From Dehalococcoidia bacterium (GTDB taxonomy: Bacteria > Chloroflexota > Dehalococcoidia > SZUA-161): a DNA stretch of 64,000 nt. Position 1 is the first letter of the stretch, and each line of letters opens with the position of its first letter. The notes beneath the pieces are model-generated. The model did no database searches, was not told the DNA's origin, and saw nothing but the letters and a program-made list of their open reading frames with translations. Both the position numbers and the translations under genes were made by a program. Location of the stretch: contig DUEY01000004.1 of assembly GCA_011174795.1 (NCBI GenBank), positions 101-64,100 on the forward strand, given 5' to 3'. Of this stretch, positions 56,156 through 64,000 are shown piece by piece.

Positions 56156-56184
56156 TTGACATACTACTACCATAAATGATAATT
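56156..56184 (+). promoter_or_regulatory. Sigma-70-like promoter for the secreted phosphoesterase gene
   Basis: TTGACA (56156-61), 16-17 nt, then GATAAT/ATAATT (56178-84), in an AT-rich intergenic region. Confidence 0.45.
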
Positions 56185-56263
56185 TAAACGCATTCGCATC
56201 ATTTCTACGTGACAGCATGTCTCGCAGTATTCTATAAAGATCGATATCATACGGAGGTCGACA

Positions 56264-59110
56264 ATGAAAGCCATAATCTTCTGCGCTGCACTGACTCTGG
56301 TCATCATCGGTTCCCTCATCTTTCCCGCTATCGCGGTGGGGGAAGCCGGGGTTGTCGAGCTTGAGGGCTCGGAAAGCTGTGAGGTCACTGCCTTCTCCGA
56401 TGACTTCGAAGGCTCTGTAGCGCCCTGCTCCAGGTGGGACGAAGCCTGCATGGACCAGTGGCACGGAGGAAACTGGTGGTGCGCCCGTGACCAATCACAC
56501 AGTCCCAGCCGGAGCGCAAAGGCGGACCATAATCACGATGACATCCTCCATACTGATTCTATCGATTTATCAGATGCAATATCAGCTACTCTTGAGTTCA
56601 ATTACATGCACTTTGGCACGGACTCTGATGATTTCACCCTGTACTTCTATGACGGAACCGAGGGTGAATTCCCCGCAGGGTGGAACATTATAGCTGAACT
56701 CGGCAGACAGGGAGCCGACCTCCAGTGGCACCACTACAGCACCACTATCGATATTACTACATATGGCATCTCCGACTTCAAGGTAGGCTTTGACGCCGAT
56801 CTGGGCTGGGTCTTCCCATTTATCTCAGAACTGGCGTGGATAGACGATGTCGTTGTGACCAAGCAGGTCTCTGAATATGCCTCCTCCTTCTCCGATGACT
56901 TTGAAGTCTCTGAAGCGCCCTGCTCCAGGTGGGACGCAGATTGCATGAACCAGTGGAACGGGGGAGACTGGTGGTGCGCTAAGGACCAATCGCACAGTCC
57001 CGGCCAGAGCGCGAAGGCGGATTTTAACCATGATGACATCCTCTATACCGATCCCATTGACTTATCCGGTGTTACCGGGGCAACCGTTGAGTTCTGGTAC
57101 AGGCACTTTGGCACGGATTCTGATGATTTCACCCTGTACTTCTATGACGGAACCGAGGGTGAATTCCCCACAGGATGGAACGTTATAGACGAACTCGGCA
57201 GACTGGGAGCAGATAACCGGTGGCACTTCTACCACACCACTATCAAAGATACTGATACGTATTGCGTCCCCGACTTCAGAGTAGGCTTTGACGCAGATAT
57301 GGGTTGGGTCTTCCCATTCATCTCAGAGCTGGCATGGATAGACGACGTAGTTATAACCCCTCCCCTGGAGGGAACGGTGTTCGAAGATAGTGACGGTGAC
57401 GGGATGAGGGATGAGGGTGAACCCGGTATATCCGATATAGTAGTCTCCAACGGTGTGGACGTCACCGTTACTGACTCAACCGGGGCTTACACTCTGCTTA
57501 AGGATGGCTATTTCATCTTTATTACTGTCCCCAGTGATTACACACCGACCACTCCTTGGTACCGGAGCGTGGAGGGAGATGAATTTGACTTCGGTCTGGA
57601 ATATACCCCGGAAAAAGCTACAGAGGAATTTACCTTTGTCCAGATCACAGATATCCACATAGATTCTATACCCGAACGTATATCGCTCTTTCAGCAGGAT
57701 GTAGCGGAGATCAATGATATTGACCCTCCGTTCGTGATAGATACCGGCGACCTGGTGAGCAGGGGGGATGAGGTAAGCATTGCCCAGGCCAATGAATGGT
57801 TCGAGGTCTATGCGGATGTGACGAGCGATTTTAACATGCCTTTATATACTGCGGTCGGAAACCATGAGCTTGTCGGCACTAACAATCCCGATGTTGATCC
57901 GAGTGAGCCCGGGTACAATAAGGAAATGTATCGTGATTACTTCGGGCCAACATACTATTCGTTCGATTGGGGTGGATATCACTGCATCGTTTTAGACGCA
58001 AATCAATTTGAGGATGGGCGCCGGTTCTACGGTGTTGAAGATCAACAGCTAGAGTGGCTCGAGCAGGATCTGGCTCAAAGACAGGGTAAGCCAATACTGG
58101 TCTTCTACCATGAGCAAACTCCCTTGTGGGAAGAGAACCGGTATGAGGTCTGGGACATGCTCACCGCACATGGCGAGATGACTGCTTTCTTGGGGCATCT
58201 GCATCATGATATTCTGATGATGGATAGTTACAACCAGGGTGTCCCCGAGCAGGTCACCGGTGCCCTGTGCGGGCAGTGGTTTTGCGGGCCAAATATCGAT
58301 GGCGTACCTCGGGGTTATCGAATCATCTCCGTCGATGCCGACGGTGTCTCCAGTTTCTACAAACATTCCGGCACGGAAACGCAGATAAATATTACCTCTC
58401 CCGATGAGATTGTGAGTGGAGCGGTAACATTGACAGCTCAGGTCTATACCGAGTATGGGCCTGTCACAGGAGTGAGCTATCGTGTAGACGATAGCGGGCT
58501 CATACCGATGTCGCTCGAAGCAGGAGGGCTATGGGATACCGCCACCGCAACGTGGGATACGACCCTATTGGAGCCGGGCTACCATACTGTCACCGTAGAG
58601 GCAACGGACGCTGTTGCGGGCAACTTCTCCACAGAGAAGTCATTCAAGATTGCAGTTGAAGATGCAATACCTCTCGGTGAGCTTTTCGACCATTACGGGA
58701 CATTTTTAGGGAAGTATACCAATGTGACAGGGAATTTAACCCTCGTCATTCCTTATGGTGGTGGTGGTGGTGGTACGGTGACAAACACCGCGTACATTGT
58801 GGATGACGGAGATGGAATCGCTGTGATAATTGCACAAGCCTGCGTAAGCCCGCCTCTCCCGGAACTGTTCGCAGGCGACACAATAAGTGCCAGAGTTGTA
58901 CCCGTCATGTACACGTGGGAGCTTATATCAGAAGGTGGCAGGATACTGCCGGGAGGATGGTTGGGCGACCTTCTCATAGGCATCATGGAGGGAGCCCCGT
59001 GGCTTGTGGAGCTTTTCCTACCGGACTTTCTGGTAACCGATGAGGACGGTAATCCAATAGAAATAAGGCTGTTAACACTGCTGAGTGCGGCAGATATCGA
59101 GGCGCTTTAA
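56264..59110 (+). CDS. Secreted calcineurin-like metallophosphoesterase with two N-terminal copies of a Cys-containing ~165-aa domain
   Basis: Signal peptide MKAIIFCAALTLVIIGSLIFPAIAVG. Metallophosphoesterase motifs are ITDIHID, DTGDLVSRGD, GNHE and GHLHHD. A MetallophosN-like segment (VFEDSDGDGMRDEGEPGISD) precedes them. Confidence 0.75.
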   Translation: MKAIIFCAALTLVIIGSLIFPAIAVGEAGVVELEGSESCEVTAFSDDFEGSVAPCSRWDEACMDQWHGGNWWCARDQSHSPSRSAKADHNHDDILHTDSIDLSDAISATLEFNYMHFGTDSDDFTLYFYDGTEGEFPAGWNIIAELGRQGADLQWHHYSTTIDITTYGISDFKVGFDADLGWVFPFISELAWIDDVVVTKQVSEYASSFSDDFEVSEAPCSRWDADCMNQWNGGDWWCAKDQSHSPGQSAKADFNHDDILYTDPIDLSGVTGATVEFWYRHFGTDSDDFTLYFYDGTEGEFPTGWNVIDELGRLGADNRWHFYHTTIKDTDTYCVPDFRVGFDADMGWVFPFISELAWIDDVVITPPLEGTVFEDSDGDGMRDEGEPGISDIVVSNGVDVTVTDSTGAYTLLKDGYFIFITVPSDYTPTTPWYRSVEGDEFDFGLEYTPEKATEEFTFVQITDIHIDSIPERISLFQQDVAEINDIDPPFVIDTGDLVSRGDEVSIAQANEWFEVYADVTSDFNMPLYTAVGNHELVGTNNPDVDPSEPGYNKEMYRDYFGPTYYSFDWGGYHCIVLDANQFEDGRRFYGVEDQQLEWLEQDLAQRQGKPILVFYHEQTPLWEENRYEVWDMLTAHGEMTAFLGHLHHDILMMDSYNQGVPEQVTGALCGQWFCGPNIDGVPRGYRIISVDADGVSSFYKHSGTETQINITSPDEIVSGAVTLTAQVYTEYGPVTGVSYRVDDSGLIPMSLEAGGLWDTATATWDTTLLEPGYHTVTVEATDAVAGNFSTEKSFKIAVEDAIPLGELFDHYGTFLGKYTNVTGNLTLVIPYGGGGGGTVTNTAYIVDDGDGIAVIIAQACVSPPLPELFAGDTISARVVPVMYTWELISEGGRILPGGWLGDLLIGIMEGAPWLVELFLPDFLVTDEDGNPIEIRLLTLLSAADIEAL
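56393..57361 (+). repeat. In-frame tandem duplication (2 x ~495 nt) inside the phosphoesterase gene
   Basis: The FSDDFE.S.APCSRWD..CM.QW.GG.WWCA.DQSHSP...HFGTDSDDFTLYFYDGTEGEFP.GWN...VGFDAD.GWVFPFISELAWIDDVV unit occurs twice. Long stretches are nucleotide-identical, e.g. cactttggcacgga.tctgatgatttcaccctgtacttctatgacggaaccgagggtgaattcccc. Confidence 0.8.
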
Positions 59111-59295
59111 CCGCTTCTCCGCTTTTATGGCAGCCGGGATATCCGTCGTCGATGCTAAAAGCGCCTCCGAGAGGCGGCGCTTAACGCTTGCTCTATAGCC
59201 TGCTCTGGCTCACCATTGAACAAACATCCGGATGTTTGCCCTTTCATGCGTACGTGCTGGTGGCATGAGTTAAGAATCAAAGATGGGTATAGTCA

Positions 59296-60060
59296 CTAGT
59301 CGATATCGATTACCTTTCGGAATAAGTATAGCGACCACCCAACCGTATCACGCCCCCACCGCAAATAACTCGTCCTTTCATGTGAAACACGGCTCAAGAC
59401 CTCTCTTGCATCATTAACGTCTGGGTTTTCCCTCGCATACTTTTCGGCAGCATACCACTTAAGTGTCTCGTAGCGGTCCCAATCGTCTTGATTGCTGACC
59501 AACGTGTATAGCGGAAACAAGCCTTCGTCTTCGCCAGCAATTACGTTCTCATAGTGCGTTCCAAACATATCACGGGTGTAGTTCTCGGCAGCCAGGTACG
59601 CTTCATCAGGCTCTCTAATCCAGAAAGGTTCACCGACCAGAATCAGGCCACCCTGTTTTGTCATAGACTTTAAAGCACTCAGGGTTCCTCGATGCCCTTG
59701 ATACACCCAGGAAGCACCGACACACATGGAAAGGTCGAAGAGTTGGTCAGGTCTGTAATCCGCTCCGTCCATGTTGAGAATTTCTATCTTGGCACCAGGC
59801 ACCCGTTCCTTTAACTTTCGTTCTGTGTCCGCCACGAAATATGGGGAGATGTCGACCCCGACTCCAGCTATTTCGTATCGCTCGGCCAGCCTCGTAAGTA
59901 TCTCCCCCTTACCGCAGGCAATGTCTAGTACGGTAGCCCTCGGATCCAGTTCTAATAGCCCGATTAGCTCATCGAGCTTAGCTGTACTCATCGGATTGCA
60001 CACTCTGTGGTACTTGTGCAGCACACTGAAGAATTTCCAGATATCCATCTTCAATTCCAT
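59296..60060 (-). CDS. Class I SAM-dependent methyltransferase
   Basis: Motif I VLDIACGKGE. The start is ambiguous between the ATGs at 60060 and 60048; the ORF track extends to 60123. Confidence 0.7.
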   Translation of the reverse strand: MELKMDIWKFFSVLHKYHRVCNPMSTAKLDELIGLLELDPRATVLDIACGKGEILTRLAERYEIAGVGVDISPYFVADTERKLKERVPGAKIEILNMDGADYRPDQLFDLSMCVGASWVYQGHRGTLSALKSMTKQGGLILVGEPFWIREPDEAYLAAENYTRDMFGTHYENVIAGEDEGLFPLYTLVSNQDDWDRYETLKWYAAEKYARENPDVNDAREVLSRVSHERTSYLRWGRDTVGWSLYLFRKVIDID

Positions 60061-60319
60061 GAATTGTCTGTTTCCTTCTGGCAGATTTGGCAATGTTGTT
60101 GTGAGTATTATCGACCATTTCATTCTGGGAAGTCAAAGGATAAGGGATTGGGGATAATACGACTTTGGCCTACCAAACGAACATGGGAATGTCAGATTTG
60201 CTTGTACTATGACAATAATAAGAAAAAAGAATCATTAGAGTATTTACTAGATTTTAACAAGGAACTTCCAGAGGATACACCATTCGCAGAAAGCGGAAAT
60301 CAGGTTAAGCGTAATTTAG

Positions 60320-61447
60320 TCACCATTGAACGAACATCGGCATCACAACGTGGAGGTATTTATCGTTCCCTACGGGGCGGATGAGGCCGGGGCTCGAACT
60401 GCTCGTGGTCTCCAGGGCCACCTCTTTCTCGGTGATGACCTGCAGGACATCGAGCAGGTACTTGCTGTTGAAGGCGATCTTGGCCTCCTCCCCTTCCACC
60501 GTAGCATCGATCTCGCCGAGGTTGTCGCCAATCTCCTCGGCTCGGGCTGAGATATCGATTTTGCCGCTGCCGTCCTTGGGCATTATCTGGAGACGCACAA
60601 TGCCGCTGCCGTCACGGGCGAAGATGGAGGCGCTTCTCGTCGCCACGAGGAAATCGGAGAGCTTGATTACAGCTCTGGTACTGTAGCTCTGGGGAATCAG
60701 CTGGTCGTAGTTGGGGAAGGTGCCTTGGATCAACTGGGAGACCATCTCCACGCCGCTCATCTTAAACAGCACCTGGCTCCTCTGGGAATTAACGGTGACC
60801 TCCAGGGGCTCCTCCTGGTCGCCGAGGAGGCGTCCCAGCTCGTTAAGCGAGCGTGCCGGGATAATAACGGCCATCTTCTCCTTGATGGCTGCATCTAGGG
60901 ACATTGTATGAACCGCCAGGCGGAAGCCGTCGGCGGCGGCGAAGGTGAGCTGGTCCCCATCGAAATCGGTGTAGACGCCGGTGAGAACGGGGCGCGACTC
61001 CTCGGACGCTGCGGCGAACACCACCTGGTTTATCGCCAGCCTGAGCGCGTCGGGCTTGACCGTAACCTTAATCCCGTCCTCGATGGTAGGGATTGCGGGG
61101 AAGTCTGCCGCGTCCAGTCCGCTGATGCGTGCATCGTAGCGGGCGCACTTCAACTCGAGGCTCTTGGAACGGGCCGGGAGCGTCATCTCGATCTGGCCGC
61201 TGGGCAGCGAGTTGACGAAATCGGTGAGCAACCGTGCCGGCACGGTGAGCGTGCCTTCCTTCTCCACGTTGGCAGCGATCCAGCAACTGGTGGCTATTTC
61301 GAGATTGGTTGCGGCCAGCTTGAGCTGGGAGCCCTCGGTGGCTAATAAAACGTTGTTGGTGATGGGCAGGACCGCCCTCGTGGCTACCGCCCTCCCCACC
61401 ACTGCCAACCCCTTACTCAGGTCTTCCTGAGAACACGAAACCTTCAT
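60320..61447 (-). CDS. dnaN: DNA polymerase III beta sliding clamp
   Basis: LSKGLAVVGRAVATRAVLPITNNVLL...LKLAATNLE in a protein of about 375 aa with a three-domain layout. Confidence 0.9.
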   Translation of the reverse strand: MKVSCSQEDLSKGLAVVGRAVATRAVLPITNNVLLATEGSQLKLAATNLEIATSCWIAANVEKEGTLTVPARLLTDFVNSLPSGQIEMTLPARSKSLELKCARYDARISGLDAADFPAIPTIEDGIKVTVKPDALRLAINQVVFAAASEESRPVLTGVYTDFDGDQLTFAAADGFRLAVHTMSLDAAIKEKMAVIIPARSLNELGRLLGDQEEPLEVTVNSQRSQVLFKMSGVEMVSQLIQGTFPNYDQLIPQSYSTRAVIKLSDFLVATRSASIFARDGSGIVRLQIMPKDGSGKIDISARAEEIGDNLGEIDATVEGEEAKIAFNSKYLLDVLQVITEKEVALETTSSSSPGLIRPVGNDKYLHVVMPMFVQW

Positions 61448-61532
61448 ATTTCACCCCCGCCGGACAGTGGGAGTAGTATAACCCTCCGTTACCTGATGCG
61501 TCAAGAGGCAGCGTGGAAAAGGGCAGGCATCC

Positions 61533-62120
61533 TCACTCCAGCCCCGCTTCGGCTTCCTCCGGCTTGAGCCAGCTTCGGTGCAACTCCATAACCAGGAAGT
61601 CGTTCCCCCTCCTCGTGGTGTGTCCGCAGGGAATGAAGCCGCACTTCTCGAAGCACCGCTGCGCCCTGACATTCCATTCCAGGGTATCCAGATAGATCCT
61701 GTCCAGCTTTGTTTTTTCGAATATATGGCTGACGAGCGTGTTGACAGCGTCTGTCCCGTAGCCCCTGCCCCAGTACTCCCGTTCGCCGATGATTATGCCA
61801 AGCTTCGCCTGTCTCCGGTCGTCGTCCACCTCGTAGTACATGCAGTTCCCGATGTGCCTGCCGTCGATGTCGTCTATGGCGAACCAGCGCTTCGTTTTGC
61901 TGCCGTCACGAAGCTCCTCGCCGTAGTACAGCATGAACTCCCGGTAGGACAGCCGCAGAGGCGGCACACCGTCGTAGCGTGCCAGTTCGTTGTCGGCCCT
62001 CCAGGTATAGTCGTTGTCAGCGTCGTCGATTCGCTTCTCGCGCAGGACGACCTTTTCCCCTGTCAGCAAGCGAGGTACCCCCTCTAAAATTCTATAAGCT
62101 GGGGGTTCGCACGTCAACAT
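61533..62120 (-). CDS. GNAT-family N-acetyltransferase (RimJ/RimL-like)
   Basis: WGRGYGTDAV, IYLDTLEWNVRAQRCFEKCGF. The start is uncertain; the ORF track extends to 62192. Confidence 0.65.
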   Translation of the reverse strand: MLTCEPPAYRILEGVPRLLTGEKVVLREKRIDDADNDYTWRADNELARYDGVPPLRLSYREFMLYYGEELRDGSKTKRWFAIDDIDGRHIGNCMYYEVDDDRRQAKLGIIIGEREYWGRGYGTDAVNTLVSHIFEKTKLDRIYLDTLEWNVRAQRCFEKCGFIPCGHTTRRGNDFLVMELHRSWLKPEEAEAGLE

Positions 62121-62338
62121 GGGGTTGAGATTCAGATTCAGAGTGTGCCATTGCGAGGAGCCCGCCAGAGGCGGGAGACGTGGCAATCTCATGGGGCGGT
62201 GGCAAGAATAGGGACAGGGAGATTGCTTCGCTTCGCTCGCAATGACAAATTGAAATCAAATGGTTCGTTAGACAGCGTGTACCCGTGATGATATACTATC
62301 GGCTATCGGAAATGTAAGCATGAGACTGGAGTAGAGCT

Positions 62339-63301
62339 TTGAGCCAGCGTAGTAACCTTATCCTCGCCCTTGACCTCGGCGGTACGCACTTTCGCCTCGC
62401 CCTGGCGGACGAAAACGGCAAAGTGCTGAAACACCACGTCGGCCTGACAAACGCCGAAGACGGGCCAGAGCAGGGTATCAGTCGGATAAAGGACGCCATA
62501 CGTGGGATGCTCTCCGGCAACAGCCCGGATGCGGTGAGGGGCATGGGGGTGGCTGCGGCGGGGCTCATCGACCGGGATGCGGGGATGCTGCTCACCTCGC
62601 CAAATATGCTCAGCTGGTATAAGACCCCCCTGAAGGAGCTATTCGAGCAGGAGCTTGAGCTTCCCGTCTGGGTTGGCAACGACGCCAACCTCGCCGCGCT
62701 GGGCGAGCACATGTTCGGCGCCGGCAGGGACAGCGACGACCTCACCTATATCACGGTAAGCACCGGCATCGGCGGCGGGGTGGTCAGCGGCGGCAGGCTG
62801 CTAACGGGCTACAAAGGCTTCGCCATCGAGCCAGGGCATATGACTATAGACATCAACGGGCCGAGGTGTAACTGCGGCAACGTGGGCTGCCTTGAGGTCA
62901 TGGCCTCGGGGACTGCTATCGCACGTATGGCTGTGGACAAGCTGTCAGGCGGGGAGAAGAGCGCAATCACCGGCCTTGTCGACGGAGACCTGGACCGGGT
63001 AACGGCCGAGGTGGTGGCGGGGGCGGCGAAGACCGGCGACGTGCTGGCAAAAGAGGTTATGCACACGGCGGCGACCAATCTGGGCGTCGGGGTGGTCAAC
63101 CTAGTTCACCTGTTCAATCCCGAGCTCGTCATCATAGGGGGTGGGGTTTCCAAAGCCGGAGACCTCATCTTCGAGCCCGTCCGCCGGGTCGTCGCCGAGC
63201 GGATCATGCCCGACATTGAGGTGCGCATCCTACCGGCCTATCTGGGCGATGATTCCGGCCTCCTCGGAGCCGTTGCGCTCGTCCTGCAGAGCGCCCCGTA
63301 G
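62339..63301 (+). CDS. ROK-family sugar kinase (glucokinase-like)
   Basis: TTG start. Motifs are LALDLGGTHFRLAL and GIGGGVV. The ROK zinc motif is GHMTIDINGPRCNCGNVGCLE. Confidence 0.85.
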   Translation: MSQRSNLILALDLGGTHFRLALADENGKVLKHHVGLTNAEDGPEQGISRIKDAIRGMLSGNSPDAVRGMGVAAAGLIDRDAGMLLTSPNMLSWYKTPLKELFEQELELPVWVGNDANLAALGEHMFGAGRDSDDLTYITVSTGIGGGVVSGGRLLTGYKGFAIEPGHMTIDINGPRCNCGNVGCLEVMASGTAIARMAVDKLSGGEKSAITGLVDGDLDRVTAEVVAGAAKTGDVLAKEVMHTAATNLGVGVVNLVHLFNPELVIIGGGVSKAGDLIFEPVRRVVAERIMPDIEVRILPAYLGDDSGLLGAVALVLQSAP

Positions 63302-64000
63302 TCAGAGCCCGGTGGGGTCCTCCCAGAACCGTAGCTCCTCCAGCGATTCCTGTGCCGCCTCGCGAATCGTCTCCTCCGGGCTTCCCAGGCACTCCTTCAG
63401 CCTCTCTTTGGCATCGCTGCCCCCGATTCGCCCCAGCGCCTCGATGGCGGAGAGCTGGACCTCGGCATCGCTGTCCTCCGTGAGTTCGATGAGGTGGGGA
63501 ACAGCCTCCTCAGCCTCAAGCTCCGCGCAGGCCATCGCCGCCTCGAACCTCAGTTGTGGGTTGGGACTGCGCAGTTCCTTGAGCAGTATGGGCAGCCAGC
63601 CGGGGTTGCAGTTCCGCCCCATGGCATACACTGCGCTTGCCTGGAATTCGAGGCTGTCGCTGCGGTATGCCTGGCGGATCATCTCCTCTACGTGGGGCTT
63701 GCTCAGGGCGCTGATCGCCTCCAGCACCCGGCAGCACACAGCGGGATGCTCGTCGATTCTGTTGAATGCGGTGAGCAGGGCCTCCTCGACCCTGCCGGCA
63801 TAGTCTTCCGGCAGCTGCCCCAGTTGGGCGAGCAGTGCATACCTGCCGAGGGCATCGGCGGCAGCGGCGCGTACCGAGTGCTCCAGGTCATTCAGGAGCA
63901 GGGCGACAAGCGGTTCGATCAGGGAGTGCCCTTCGTACCCCCACAGCCCCTCCACCGCCTTTACCCTGACCTCGCTGTCCTCATCGTCGAGGCAGGAGCG
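63302..64000 (-). CDS. HEAT-repeat protein (5' end beyond the window)
   Basis: Repeated VR..AA.ALG / EA..ALG HEAT-like units. The reading frame stays open upstream of the ORF-track start (a GTG at 63955) to the window edge. Confidence 0.65.
   Translation of the reverse strand, partial: RSCLDDEDSEVRVKAVEGLWGYEGHSLIEPLVALLLNDLEHSVRAAAADALGRYALLAQLGQLPEDYAGRVEEALLTAFNRIDEHPAVCCRVLEAISALSKPHVEEMIRQAYRSDSLEFQASAVYAMGRNCNPGWLPILLKELRSPNPQLRFEAAMACAELEAEEAVPHLIELTEDSDAEVQLSAIEALGRIGGSDAKERLKECLGSPEETIREAAQESLEELRFWEDPTGL

Noticed and set aside
62222-62243. attgc...gcaat fragment resembling the hairpin at 23071-23083, considered as a second dispersed repeat family
   Set aside because: Only about 12-20 nt are shared and only two occurrences are seen, which is too little to call a family from this window alone.
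60320-62338. dnaN as a marker of the replication origin
   Set aside because: No dnaA gene is adjacent in this window. I saw no clustered DnaA-box-like 9-mers (TTATCCACA or its complement) in the flanking intergenic regions, so no oriC claim can be supported.

Overview
GC-rich, densely coding bacterial chromosomal segment with about 55 supportable CDSs and no rRNA, tRNA or CRISPR. Gene content suggests an anaerobe, possibly Chloroflexota-like; this rests only on gene content and repeat types and is not verified. Left to right: (1) a 5'-truncated PT-rich surface protein and a Lon-like protease. (2) A tightly packed minus-strand redox operon: tandem-receiver protein, FdhA-like molybdopterin protein, NuoE-like, NuoF::GltD fusion, MetV, MetF, preceded by a GAF histidine kinase and NarL-type regulator. 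(3) Two paralogous pairs of an SCP-x/PhlC-type thiolase with an HMG-CoA-synthase-like::DUF35 fusion, separated by PaaI thioesterase, GNAT and C_GCAxxG_C_C genes. (4) Housekeeping genes: mutM, polA, ferredoxin, coaD, rsmD. (5) A six-gene beta-oxidation operon. (6) A Liv-type ABC transporter plus an acyl-CoA ligase. (7) PadR, MarR and wHTH regulators. (8) A kamA-like radical-SAM aminomutase operon with two Ddl-like ATP-grasp ligases and a GNAT. (9) A secreted metallophosphoesterase with an internally duplicated domain. (10) dnaN, GNAT, ROK kinase and a 5'-truncated HEAT-repeat gene. The best candidates for undescribed biology are the MetVF/NuoEF-GltD/degenerate-FdhA operon, the kamA/ATP-grasp x2/GNAT operon, the duplicated thiolase plus apparently inactive HMGCS-like::DUF35 pairs, and a ~155-bp MITE-like element in divergent promoter regions. 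All family calls come from reading the translated ORFs against motifs recalled from memory; no database search was run.
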